Below, piece after piece: positions 35,186-47,587 of a stretch of 50,565 nucleotides of DNA. The DNA comes from Octopus bimaculoides (lineage: Eukaryota), in NCBI RefSeq assembly GCF_001194135.2, contig NC_068983.1, forward strand, positions 97,023,912 through 97,074,476. The letters are read 5' to 3'. The position numbers and the translations under genes are program-made. Under the pieces are notes generated by a model. That model ran no database searches, was not told the DNA's origin, and was given only the letters and a program-made list of their open reading frames with translations. Positions within the stretch are counted from its first letter, which is position 1. Every line of letters starts with the position of its first letter.

Positions 35186-38041
35186 AAATATCAATTTTCT
35201 TCACACTTTTAGTCCCCAGTATAAATATAAATATAAACTTGTATACCTGAGATATCAAAGATTAATTAATTGAAAGTCATTTGGTCGCTTCATCAGGGTG
35301 GGGCCAAAGAAACGTAAGGTGTTGCGTACATATGCAATGCTTTAATTAGATCTTACGCTATCGGCTTAATATTTTCGCAATTGTTAAAATATTTGGATGC
35401 AGCAGCGTTTGATATGAAAAGCCTAAAGTTTCTTCGTTAAACAACGTCAACTGTATGTAACGGATCCACGTATATGTAACTGATCCATTTCGTACAACGT
35501 GTAAATTCATTACACTTGTTGAGGACGTGTATTACCTTAAGGTGGCTGCCTTTCTGCCAATCTTCAAATCAATATTTGTATGGCTTGAAAACAGTTAAGC
35601 ATTAGGTTCATTCTTTTGTATTTAGTTGCATCCTACCAAATTATGAATTAACCTACTACCAGGTCTGCTGTTGTCTTCTATTCCAGTATGTTATTTACCA
35701 TAAGTCAATGGAGGTGCTAAATTTGAATTCATCTATTCAATTCCAAAATAAAACTTTGCACTTAAGCAAATAACGTAGTTAAGAAAACACAAGCGTCATT
35801 CTTTTTATTTTGTCTCGTTTAGATATTTAAAAAAAATATTTGCATCTAGTCAAGAGGCAATCAGAAGAAAGCTGGCGTGTTGAGATGGCAACCCTGGGTC
35901 CATTTTATGTTGCTCCAAATTAATTTCACTTACACAGCTAATAATGTAGAGAAACGCATGAACGTTATGTCCCTTACAAATATAGGAACTTCCATCTAAA
36001 CCAAAAGGTTGCATACTATCAAGGAAATAGATGAACTGTAACAACAATTTTGACAATTTTTACAACAGTTTTGACAATTTTAATAAATGACAAACAATAT
36101 TTTCATAGATCCTCCTGGGTTGTCTGAACTTGATAGAATAAATGCCTGTATAATACTCGAATCGGTTCAATTGCTTCTACGAAAGCCTTCCTTCATACGC
36201 TTTAAAAGGAATCAGTAATTATTTATAACACCTTTAATTTTGATTGAGACCGAACTTAACAAATATTTAGTTCGCCACCTCTAAATTCTGCGTTCAATTC
36301 CAAGTAGTACCAATATAATCTTTCGAACCTTTATACAACTATCACAAATACATGAACCGATGCTGTCGATTATAAAGTCCACCTCTACAAATATTGCTAT
36401 TATGTTTGAGTTGTTGATAAGAGATAATATTCCGCTGAACTAAATTCACCAAACGTTTTTACAACTTTGGCGTAAGCTAATTCGCTTCGTATTAGCCTTT
36501 AATACCCTTTAAAAAAACATTAAGTTCACACAAGTTCTTTCTCCTTCTGTAAATGAGTGGTCTTGTAATTGAACATGAAAGCAATATTATTAGAATATTA
36601 TTATAGTCTCAGTATCTATGATATATTACTATTTCCCTATAATAATGGTTTTCTTATAACCATAACCCACTTTGATGATATGTACATAAGCATTTGTTTA
36701 ACTTTCTCCGCCAAGTTGTTAACATACATTCATTACTCACCGTTTTCTAATTACGGCGTCACATTTTTGCTGTTCTCTATTTTCCTTGCAATGTTGTTAG
36801 ATGAAACTTTCCCCCTAATCAATTTATACGCAGCGTCTGATGATATAAATAACAAAAACTGACTCCCAGCTACAACTCCCCGTCAACAAATACTGACTTA
36901 TTTGTTGTTGAAAATCCTAACATCTCAAGTTTTATGTATTTTCTGTCGAGTAGTATGAATAAACAAGAAAATATTCGACATAATTGCTGAAGCTGATGTT
37001 TTTACAGCTCCAGACAATTACAACTCTCACCAGGTGAAAATATTTTCAACGTTGTATATAGTTTTCAAGATTATGATTTATGCGTTACAATATAGGACAA
37101 ACCTATAGCTTCTCTGATGCTTATGCGCTCTGGCTAAGAACCAGAATTTATGTAGTTTTGTTTTTGTATTTTTGTTTTTACAACTCTGAAAATTAAAGTA
37201 TGCATTTGATTTATGCATTGTGTAAACAATAGCCCATAATTCCTAAAACGCACTCACAACACAAACAGGTTTTGGTGTAAGCAAAAGAAAGAACCTGGCT
37301 CTATGATAGCATTTGTCATTGCCAGCAGTTTTCCCGTTCTTATTTCAGCTTCACCGGACAAATGAACGTTGTATTTAGGTGGAATTCGGATTATATATAT
37401 CATAGTATATTTATTATTTAAAAAAAACTCCTACTCCATATTAATTATATATGAAGCATCATAATCTATAGGAAATTTATTCATAGCGTAGTTTAGTCTG
37501 ACATTCGAAATGAGTTTATTTATCGCACAAATTAACGCTTCTGGCGAATACTTGAACAGTAAAAACAACTTTACATTTGACCTTCACCTTTTGGTTATTC
37601 ATGTTTAATTATAGAGTACTCTGTTTATATGTTCAATTCCTTGGCAGGATTACCAAATAAATTAACAGTAGCTAACATAACCGTCGTCTGTGCCTCCAGG
37701 CGCGAAATAAATACGATGGAACAATAAACACTTGAAGAATTCATCACAAGGAATCTGTTAATTATATGGTGTATCAACAAAATCTTTAAATAGCTAAGAT
37801 TAATTGATTCTTGGATCAAATAAAATCCTTATAATATACTGCTTTATTGATTTATCGCTAAACTGAACCATAAAGATACTTACCCTCTTCAATCATACTT
37901 CCTACCTTGTGTCCTTAAATTTTTAAGACAGTAGAGTGTTATTTGACAGATTCAGCTGTTATTACTAGCAGATGTAGTAACCATGTAGAGCGACCATTCG
38001 TCATTGACTATTGCGTTTGTAAATTATCTGAAGACAGTCAA

Positions 38042-38092
38042 GTATCATCACCATCTTGTTTTGCCACTAGTGAGACAAGATGGTGAGAATAC
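38042..38092 (+). ncRNA. Candidate pre-miRNA-like hairpin
   Basis: 23-position stem with 21 pairs (3 G-U) and a 5-nt loop; 12-bp perfect core tcaccatcttgt/acaagatggtga. No expression evidence. Confidence 0.3.
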
Positions 38093-38201
38093 ATGGATTA
38101 TGGATGTGTGTTTACATTCCTAAACTTATAGTCAGAATGAAGGAAGAGATTTCCTCGTAAAATCTTCTTCGGAGAATTAACTAATGAACAAACACCACGT
38201 T

Positions 38202-38471
38202 GTGGAGAAGCGTGGCTTAGTGGTTAAAGTGTTGGACTCATGATTATAAGATTGTCACCCGGTTCTTTTTCCTGATTTGGGCAACACGTTGTATTCTTGA
38301 GCAAAACACTTCATTTCACATTGTTTCAGACCACTCAGCGGGCAAAAATGAGTAATCCTGCGATGGATCAGCGTCCTGTCCAGGTGGAGAACTTTTACGT
38401 TATGGAAACCGGGAAACAGGCCCTCATAAGTCAGTATGACTTGTGAAGGTAACCTTTACCTAACCTTTACC
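38202..38471 (+). mobile_element. CORE-type SINE with (ACCTTT)n tail
   Basis: gtggcttagtggttaaag (A box), gttgtattcttgagcaaaacacttcatttcac (core), tail aacctttacctaacctttacc. Confidence 0.8.
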
Positions 38472-38864
38472 TATCAAAGGGCCTTGTGGATATCCTGTCC
38501 ACCTTTAAATTCATTCTTCAAAATTACTGGAATAAAAACATGGAAAGCAGAAACTCAGAATTCTTTTACAACTAGCATAACTCTATCATCTCCAGAATTA
38601 CATCGTTTTCAAAAAAAAAAAAAAGAAAGAAAGAAAAAAGGTGGGAGAAATGCCTTTCGCCAACTCGTCTCTGCCGCCTCTGATCCTATTAGTTTCGCAT
38701 AAGTCATCAACCTAAGCTCATCAATCTTGATCCCATTAGTTTCGCATAAGCTCATCAATATGGAAGAATCACATAATCATGAGGAAACTGAAAATTCTCG
38801 GACAATTATAAATAACCGATGACGACTGCTTCAGCAACACAAAACATTTATATTTAACTTCTTT

Positions 38865-39262
38865 CTTTCATTTGACTGCAGCCCTGCTGGGGCACCACTT
38901 GAAGAGTTTTGTCGAAGAAATAGATCGCAGTAATTATAATTTTTTGTTTTTGTTTTATTAAGTGAGGTACTTATTCTATCTGTGTCTTTTGTCGAACCGA
39001 TAAGTTATGGAAATGTAAACAAACCAACGTCGGTTGTTAAACAGTCGAGCAATGGGCAGGGGTGGGGTCTAACACACGCACACATACATACACACACGTA
39101 TATGTATATATACGACGAGCTTTCACACAGTTTCCACTTACCAAATTCCCTCACAAAGCTGACTTAAGTATTAGACGACACCTGCGCAAGGAACCATGCA
39201 GTGGGACTGAGCCCCAAACTACGTGGATGCAAAGCGAGCTTCTTAACCAGATAATATGTAGC
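38865..39262 (-). mobile_element. SINE family B, diverged full length
   Basis: Colinear with 25811-26185, including the internal microsatellite. Confidence 0.85.
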
Positions 39263-39492
39263 TGTGTTAGATAATTATAAGAAGAAACTTTAGGTCGAAC
39301 GATCTAGTTGGTGCAAAGATAGCAACACCTTCATAGATATTGTGATAGAGTGTGAAAAAGAGATCAAAGGTGTTTAGAATGACTGTATGTGTCCATCTGG
39401 AAAGCATGGAATACATGAAACAAGTTGATATAGAGAATTGATATTTTAAAAAATAACGGCTTGTGTGTGTGTTATGNNNNNNNNNNNNNNNN

Positions 39493-39566
<74 letters not shown>

Positions 39567-39657
39567 TGTGTCTGTGGGTGTGTGTGTGTGGTGATATCTT
39601 TGTATGTAGTTGTAATAATGAAGTGGAACAAAATTGTAATATTTCAAAATCATTTTT

Positions 39658-39840
39658 AAGTCAGCGAGCTGGTAGAATCGTTAGCACGTCGTACAAAATG
39701 CTTAGCGGCATTTCGTCTTTACATTCCGAGTTCAAATTCCGTCAATGTCGACGTTAAATTTCATCCTCGGGGTCGATAAATTAATTATAGGTTAACCCCC
39801 TCTACCGAAATTGCTGGCCTTGTACCAAAATGTGAAACCA
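39658..39840 (+). mobile_element. SINE family A
   Basis: cagcgagctggtagaatcgttagc ... gagttcaaattccg ... ggggtcgataaattaa ... ggccttgtaccaaaatgtgaa. Confidence 0.88.
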
Positions 39841-40597
39841 ATCTTTTGAAATTATTTAATATGTACGTTTCAGATTTGCAGTATATATAACACGAAATGC
39901 ATCCCTTATATAAACCTTCACATTTAAAGCATTTAAAAACATGAAAAAAATTATGGAAAAATTTCAATAAACATGTGGTTAGAGCAGCAGTAAGTCGGCT
40001 GCTAAGTTAATGAGAAAGATATGGATACAGATGGTGAAAATCTGAACAGCTGGTGAAACTCCGAATATCAACCCACTTACACACCTTTCGATATTGTAGT
40101 CTTAAAGCAAACTTTCACGGTTCAGACATATCTTTCTTAAATCCTAGAATATCAGCCAGGAGATTAAATGGTCACATCCTGTCTAAAGCACAGCTTTATA
40201 ATGGTAATAAGAGTATTTGTAAGCTCTGTCTCTACGAAACCTGGAAATCCTTTTGCAGGTAGAAAAAAATCCCTAACAAAAGCAATGAGCTCATTCTAAT
40301 CTGTAAGCATAAATTAAAATCTATTTTAATTTATTTTTAAGAACAGTATGAAAGAAAACGGTCAACCCTATAAGGCATTCTTATTTTATTTTATCAAATT
40401 GTTTACTAATCACTTATCTTCATAGATTCCAATGTATATTTACACTGTACATTCTGTCCGTATATAACGCAGTACGTTCTTTCCTACCTTATTCTTGAAA
40501 TAATAATCCTTGCTTAATACCATCTCACACAGCCCTTTTCAAATCTTATTTTACATTATTATACTGCAATTATCTTTTTTACATCTTATTATTCTTG

Positions 40598-40711
40598 GAT
40601 TCACGATCCTAAGATCGTGGTTTCGATTCCTGGATCAGGCGATGCGTTGTGCTCTTGAGCAAAACGCTTCATTTCACCATTGCTCCAGTCCACTCAACTC
40701 TACAAATGAGT
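40598..40711 (+). mobile_element. CORE-type SINE fragment (B box and core)
   Basis: gatcgtggtttcgattcctgg ... gttgtgctcttgagcaaaacgcttcatttcac. Confidence 0.75.
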
Positions 40712-40824
40712 TTAGCCTGGAGAAGGATGGGCTCCACCAGGCTTTCTCGCCCTAAATACTCTGCACGGCTGCTGCACCCCAACAACCCCTTAGGAGTTAC
40801 GGGACTTGTCATTGTCATGTACGC

Positions 40825-40902
40825 GTATCTGCATGTATATGTGCATATAGGTATCTGCATGTATATGTGTATATAGGTATCTGCATGTATATGTGTATAT
40901 AG
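40825..40902. repeat. 26-bp minisatellite, 3 copies
   Basis: gtatctgcatgtatatgtg(c/t)atatag at 40825, 40851 and 40877. Confidence 0.92.
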
Positions 40903-41347
40903 GTATATATAACTTCACCGACTTACTGATCTAATATATTTAGAAATGTTTCTATCAATGTCTTTATATTTTTGAAAAGTTAAAACTGACGAAAGTTTAC
41001 GTAATGGATGCATTTCCTATTACATATTAAGCAAACCTAAAACGTACGTATTAAATGTTTTCAAAATCTCACTATTTGGTTTCACCTCGTTACTACAACT
41101 TATACGACTCGATGCCAGTACAAACTGGCCATTCTTTACTCTACTTATGCAGATAATCTAACAATGATTTAGAGTAGTTTGTTATATTTGACTCGAGTTG
41201 AAAATTATTGCACAGTGCAGCGCGTCTTGGCATAACATGATATATAAATGTATGTGTGTGTGTGTATAAATATACATTTATATGTGTCTACCTAAGTAAA
41301 CATACGTTTTACATACCTAATACAAGTGTGTGAATATAATGTGCGTT

Positions 41348-41381
<34 letters not shown>

Positions 41382-41549
41382 TGTGTGTGCATGTGTACAT
41401 GTGTATGTATACGTGTCTATATATATTCTTTGCAATTATATATATATATATATGTGTGTGTGTGCGTGTGTGTGTGTGTGTGTGTACAGAAAGCGAAAGA
41501 GAGAAAGCGAGAAAAAGAGAGAGAGAGAGAAAAAGAGAGAGAGAATAAC

Positions 41550-41585
<36 letters not shown>

Positions 41586-41587
41586 TA

Positions 41588-41622
<35 letters not shown>

Positions 41623-42170
41623 GAGGAAAACTGAGAGAGATTCATATGCAAAAAGACAGAGTAATGGTAGAGTAAACGAGAGGACTGAAGCGCAGATGTT
41701 CGGCGTGAGGAAAATCGACAAAGACAGAAAAAGAACAGAAAAATAATATATATAGATACATATTCATATTAGTAACGATTTACTTAGACTTCCAGAAATT
41801 ATGAAACACAATACCCGTATAAAAAGCATTGTATGAATTTTACCGACAGCGTTTGAAATCTACTTGAATTCAAACGGATTGTCTTACATAGGTCTACAAT
41901 TCTTAAAAAAGCATCATTTTATTATAGCAGCCAGACAGGAGATGCGTCAGTTATTGCACAAGTGCGTCGTGTTATTTCGAAGCATCTCCGGATAACTGCA
42001 ACTTGAGAAGGCTATAAACAGTCACGAAAACAGTGGGTGCTCCAAGATGTTTTCACATTAAGTGGCCACATTCATGAAATGTAATGGAATCACATATTTC
42101 AGAAGAGTATTGTTTCGTGTGCATGAGGTATGTACATTGTGTGTGTCTGTATACATTTCTCATTTCGCTC

Positions 42171-42206
<36 letters not shown>

Positions 42207-42293
42207 CATAAATATGCACACACACAAACAAACAAACAAACAAACATACATATATATATATGCAACATTAGAACATTAGTGTGTTCGCATACA

Positions 42294-42351
<58 letters not shown>

Positions 42352-42537
42352 CACATATAATATTAAAAGTTCTAGTTTGTCAATGACAGAAGAAAGAATG
42401 TACAAACTGCGTGTTGCGAAGTATATGATTTATAATAAATTTCTTTCACGTATAACCTGAGTTTCACGACACTTGCGATCTTCAGGTGATTTCTCGCCCG
42501 AATACCTCAGAGCCGTGTAATTGGCAATAAAATTTTG

Positions 42538-42569
<32 letters not shown>

Positions 42570-42759
42570 TGTATGCATGAGTATATTATCTTTTAATAAG
42601 GAAGGTATTGCCTATTACTCTATAAAGAGCGTCCGAGACCCGTGGAAGCGAGGGAGGAATTATCCTCAAAGTGCTGTGATCTAGTATTATGGTATCTTCT
42701 TGTAGGAGAGTAAGCGCCCTTGTTGTCCAGTAATAATGTTCAACCGTTCAAAAATCTAG

Positions 42760-43000
42760 CAGCTCAGTGGGACATTGTGAGATTTGAACACAGAACGCAA
42801 GGACCCGATTTAAATAGTGCAAAGTATCTAGTTCGGGATTCTTTCTGCCCAGGATTGGTACATTTCTCATCCACATCAGAAAGAATTAAGGGTAAAGTTG
42901 GTTTCACGAAAATTTGAATTCACAACACAGAAGTTTGTCATGGCGAGATTTGAACTCTAAACGCAGAGTTCGGTACAAATACCGCAAGTTCAGGAAAAAT
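42760..43000 (-). mobile_element. Two degraded SINE family A fragments
   Basis: gagatttgaacacagaacg and gagatttgaactctaaacg B-box remnants, plus aaaggcaaagt-like segments. Confidence 0.55.
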
Positions 43001-43224
43001 CTGTCAAGCGTTGGAAAGATCTTCGTATTCCGCAGAATCAATGAGTGAGTCAATGCTAAAACTCTCTTAGCAACCTTACTATTAGTGAACTTCTCAAAAG
43101 ATGACGCTGTCCAATGTGGCAAAAATAGAGTAAATAATCTTCAACTGATACAGTTGTAGTGTTGATCTCCAACACGGGAACTGAATTTTTCCTTCCAGAA
43201 TATCCCTTTATTAGTTTCGACGGT

Positions 43225-43385
43225 CTTGATGTACCTTGCAATCCTAGGTATGACATTAACCCCCCTCTGATAGTTGGGTCTAGGCTCGGGAGTTCCAGGC
43301 TTTTGAGGAGTGTGGAACCATCTATAAGCCACTGTTGTTCCCAGGTCTGTTCTGACCTGGAATTGTAGTACCTGTTAGCATCCCT
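43225..43385 (+). repeat. Dispersed repeat, same family as 31465-31645
   Basis: gagtgtggaacca...ttcccaggtctgttctgacctggaattgtagtacctgttagcatcc. Confidence 0.7.
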
Positions 43386-43692
43386 GCCATGTGTTACTTA
43401 GCATATTAAGGCTTTCCTCCTACCTACGCATGTGAAAACAGGATTCGGCGGTCTACATGGAAGAAACCTTCATGGTCTAAAAGAGAAAAACGTTGTGGAA
43501 TTCTGAAAGCAACGTGAGGCAAGTAAGATATCTTGGTCATCCGTCTCTTACTCCATTCAATTTGAGATGGTCTTCTAACAAGATTAAAGTTAATCACAGA
43601 TAAAAGAGTGAGATTGATGGCGTGCAACTATTAATCGTTTTAAACAAAGTTACAGCGCAAATCAGCTGTCATCATAAATTTTCCTTGTCGCT

Positions 43693-43783
43693 AGGTAGAT
43701 AGATAGATAGAGAGAGAGAGAGATAGAGAGAGAGAGAGAAAGAGAGAGATAGAGAGAGAGAGAGAGAGATACAGAGATAGAGA

Positions 43784-43822
<39 letters not shown>

Positions 43823-43858
43823 ATGGGATATAGATATAGATATAGATATAGATAGTGA
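43693..43858. repeat. Compound microsatellite (GATA)-(GA)-(GATT)-(GATATA)
   Basis: Directly visible. Confidence 0.95.
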
Positions 43859-44004
43859 TGTATGCTCTCAACGTCACATCATACGAACATACACTCAGCA
43901 ATATTTTAGTGCAAGAATGATTATTAAGGTTATATTGGTACTTGCTTTACGGTATTTATTTCGGCTTTTCTCTCTCTAAATACAAACATTTGCTTAGATC
44001 AACT

Positions 44005-44160
44005 ACCGTTCATCCTTTGGGGTCGATAAAACAATTACTAGTTGAACACTGTGGTAGATATAATCGTTTAGCCCATTTTCCCCATGTTTGCAGGCCTAGT
44101 ACCTAGAGTAGAAAGAATCATCATCATTCTCATCGTCATCGTCGTCGTCATCATCGATAT
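44005..44160 (+). mobile_element. SINE family A 3' half with (ATC/GTC)n tail
   Basis: ttcatcctttggggtcgataaaac ... cctagagtagaaagaatcatcatc. Confidence 0.75.
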
Positions 44161-45147
44161 CATTTTCGTCGTTATTATCATTACTTGAACCGTAAAAGAA
44201 AAACAAAATTTGTATATGTTTCAGATTGTTAAATTTCGTTTGCTGTAACCGAATTGTCATATGTCTTCATGTTTATACGTAAATGTGAACATTACTTTAG
44301 CTTCTCATTTCAAAATCATTCACATCTACGCACAATATATTTGAACTGTCAGCCCAATGGCCTCTACATGAACAGTGATGCAAATCATATCTTTTTAATG
44401 ACATTTACTAAGATAACACTTAACAAGAAATGTGAGAGTTAGAAACGCTTACAAACAGAGAATGTACACTATACATAGAGGTAAATATATACCGACTTGC
44501 GTTCATACATATACACAGGCATATATATATATATATANNNNNNNNNNNNNNNNNNNNNNNNNNNNNNNNNNNNNNNNNNNNNNNNNNNNNNNNNNNNNNN
44601 NNNNNNNNNNNNNNNNNNNNNNNNNNNNNNNNNNNNNTATATATACACACATACACTCGCATTCATGTACATGAATAAATAGACCTATATACATATGTGT
44701 GTGTGTGTATGTGTGCGTGTGTGTATATATATATTTATATATATATTAAAGTTAGTCACAGATTATATATATATATGCCTAAATAAATATATATATATAT
44801 ATATACATATGCATATATGTATATACGTATACAAACGTGCGTATACATAAATATATATACATGCATACACACGTCTTTGTATATATGTATACATGTGCGT
44901 ATTTTAATGGGACGTTAACTCAAATGGTATATACCAATGTTCCTTTCCTTTTAGCATCACGCACATTTAGGCATAAAGTCCATATAAAAAGCTCAAGGAG
45001 AAGAGGGCACGTGGCTGAAGGGACGTCGTAGGTCAAAACGGTCGGTAGTCACGCGATTTCTCAGGTTACTGCAAGATGAGTATTCTTTGTCACTTTCTCG
45101 GTCACAGAGGCACACAAACCCAACTTCACACACGCACGCACGCGCAC

Positions 45148-45180
<33 letters not shown>

Positions 45181-45333
45181 CACACACACATTCATGCATG
45201 CATACATATATATGTGCATGTATGTGTGACTGTAGTGTATGTATGTGTGTGTGCATATATGTATCTGTGTGTGTATATATATATGTATATGTGTGTGTGT
45301 GTGTGTGTATGTGTATATATATATACATATATA

Positions 45334-45365
<32 letters not shown>

Positions 45366-45379
45366 CATATATATATAAT

Positions 45380-46170
45380 AGGCAAAAAGCCCTACCTCAA
45401 AATGGCGCTCTTAGAGACTGAGAATAAGATCCGTCTCTTCCATGAAAACGAAAGGGTAAACAGAGAAGCTAGGGCGGAGGAAAATGTAAAAAGAAACTTT
45501 AACGCCTTCTACAAGTTCACAAAAGAGTCTTCCTCTGTGCGATAGAGGATAAGGCCACTGTTTGACAAAAATGGCTCACTGACTGCAGACCTCAAGAGGA
45601 TAAGTGAAGTACTCAATAAACAATTCCAAAGTGTTTCCACCTCTCCACTAGAAAACATGAAAATAAGCAAACCTGATGAGTTCTTCAACACCTCTAACCT
45701 ACAAGAGAAAAAGGCGACCATAAATTACAGGACAATACAGAAGAAGTTGTATTGTCGGCCATTGATTAGATAATTAGATAAACCCAAACTCTGCAACAGG
45801 CCCAGATGGATTCCCAGAAATTCTGCTAAAAGCATGCAAGAAAGCTCTTGCAAAACCACTGCAAATGCGATACATTTCCTCAAATGTTAAAAGAAGGAAT
45901 AATATGTTCTGTCCACAAAGGAGGAAGTAGAGCAGATGCTATAAACTACTGGCCTATCTCTCTGACCTCACATGTCAGCAAGATCATGGAAAGCATTGTA
46001 AGCAAAAGACTGACCATGTTCCTTGAAGAAAATGACTTGCTTACAGACACGCAACATGGTTTCCGCCCTGGAAGAAGTTGCATAACACAGCTACTACAGC
46101 ACTTCGATTGGGTACTAAAACAACAGCTCAATCATTCAAATGTGGATGTGATATATCACGACTTTGCCAA
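45380..46170 (+). pseudogene. CR1-clade LINE ORF2 fragment (pre-RT region to RT motif), with stops and frameshifts
   Basis: NFNAFYKF, KPNSATGPDGFP, NYWPISLTSHVSKIMESIV, QHGFRPGRSCITQLL, NVDVIYHDFA: canonical non-LTR RT motifs. Confidence 0.92.
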
Positions 46171-47054
46171 CGCAAACAATACCTTTGGAGTGGGGTCTCT
46201 GGCTGTTTTTTCTCGGTATTATGGCTAAAATATGCAATGTGATACACCGTTTCGTAGTACCGGTATATTATACAAAATGAGAACGACACAGTCATTGTTT
46301 CATCTCTCAGCTGCATACGTAAATAAAGAATTTTACAAAGGTGAAACGATTGGAGGAGGTCTTCACGCTTATGTTAAGACTAAAACCAGCTTTCTAATTT
46401 TATTCCTTGCCGAGATATCGCATTCTGAAAGTCGCGAAACTTTGGATTTTTCTCGGTTTTTAAGTTGTAGCACTTGCGATGGTCTGTTACTAAACGCCTC
46501 GATTGATTTCTTGACGAAGGAGGAATACAAATGTTCGACATCCACAAAAATGTTATAAGTTGTCTACAGAGATGACAAACGCAATATGCACAGATGAATG
46601 AATAAAAAAAGGGACACTAACAATGAAAACAAGCTACGTACTGAGATACCATCAAGTGCGACTTTGAAACGCTTTGCCAGCAATTGAGCGAATTCATTCG
46701 TGCATCACAATCACACGATTGATTAGCGACTCACAGTCCGTCAGCTTGACGCACAATTGGACATTGGTTAGAATGCATCAAAGAAAGGAAAACTTTGAGT
46801 ATCGGAAAGTGTATACATCAGCAGTTGACATCCTGAAAGTCGCGGTGATTCGCCTTGAATTTTCTGGAACGTGATGTACAACAAACTGCGAACAGCACTT
46901 GGAAACAATGATAAAGCTTAGAGAAGTCACTAACGAGATGGTAGAGACAGATTAAGAAACTGAAAACGACCCATATACAAGACAATGTGGGACCACCCAG
47001 ACAATCGGCAATGCAGACATAAGATAAATTGGGTTGTTTATTGTAAAATGCGTC

Positions 47055-47225
47055 GATCATAACATGGGTTCTATTTGCCAAGTAACACTGAATCCACTGA
47101 AGCAGCATTCCGTAGATTCCACAATTGGATACTTTTCTTTTGTTCAACACAATACCGTGACCGACTGTCGAAACGTTTACTGACGTGAAAGAAAATGAAA
47201 TCTATGTTGGAGCTATCTCAGAGAA
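47055..47225 (-). pseudogene. Second, more degraded CR1-clade RT fragment
   Basis: SSNIDFIFFHVSKRFDS, frameshift, HGIVLNK..SNCGIYGMLLQWIQCYLANRTH, resembling NVDVIYLDFAKAFDKVDHG...GI.GKLL.WI..FL.NR. Confidence 0.75.
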
Positions 47226-47234
47226 CATTTAGAA

Positions 47235-47400
47235 CGCTGGTTTTCAACCGGAGTCCATATGGCACCTAGGGATCCATATAAGATTTTTTTGGGTGGTGGT
47301 AGTGGTTGGGGTTCACTCAAGAAAAATAATAAATTGGGGATCAACAGTGGTATTTTAAGGGCCCATGAAGGAAATATTGCTTTAAATGTATTTATTGCAA
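47235..47400. mobile_element. hAT MITE, one TIR only (same family as 31000-31347)
   Basis: cgctggttttcaaccggagtccatatgg...gatccatataagattttt aligns with 31000-31140. Preceded by atttagaa. Confidence 0.78.
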
Positions 47401-47461
47401 GAAATAGTTAAGTTTCCGGCCACTGAAACACCTCTCAGAGTGTGCTGTAAACCTAAAAAAA

Positions 47462-47587
47462 GGCGCAGGCGTGGCTGTGTGGTAAGAAGATTGCTTTCTA
47501 ACCACATGGTTCGAGGTTCAGTTCCATTGCGTATCACCTTGGGTAAGCGTGTTTTACTGTACTCGAGCCGACCAAAACTTTGTAAGT
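47462..47587 (+). mobile_element. SINE family B 5' half running into a gap
   Basis: gcaggcgtggctgtgtggtaagaag ... ggttcagttcc ... caccttgggtaagcgtg. Confidence 0.88.

Noticed and set aside
35292-35315. Tc1-like TIR start cagggtggggccaaag
   Set aside because: No TA TSD and no matching opposite TIR found.
43442-43522. 81-nt exon candidate with strong donor AA|GTAAGA
   Set aside because: All three frames contain stop codons and the acceptor is purine-rich; at best a non-coding exon.
46232-46558. 108-aa ORF downstream of the CR1 fragment
   Set aside because: Does not continue the RT (no YADD-region motifs) and resembles no known protein.
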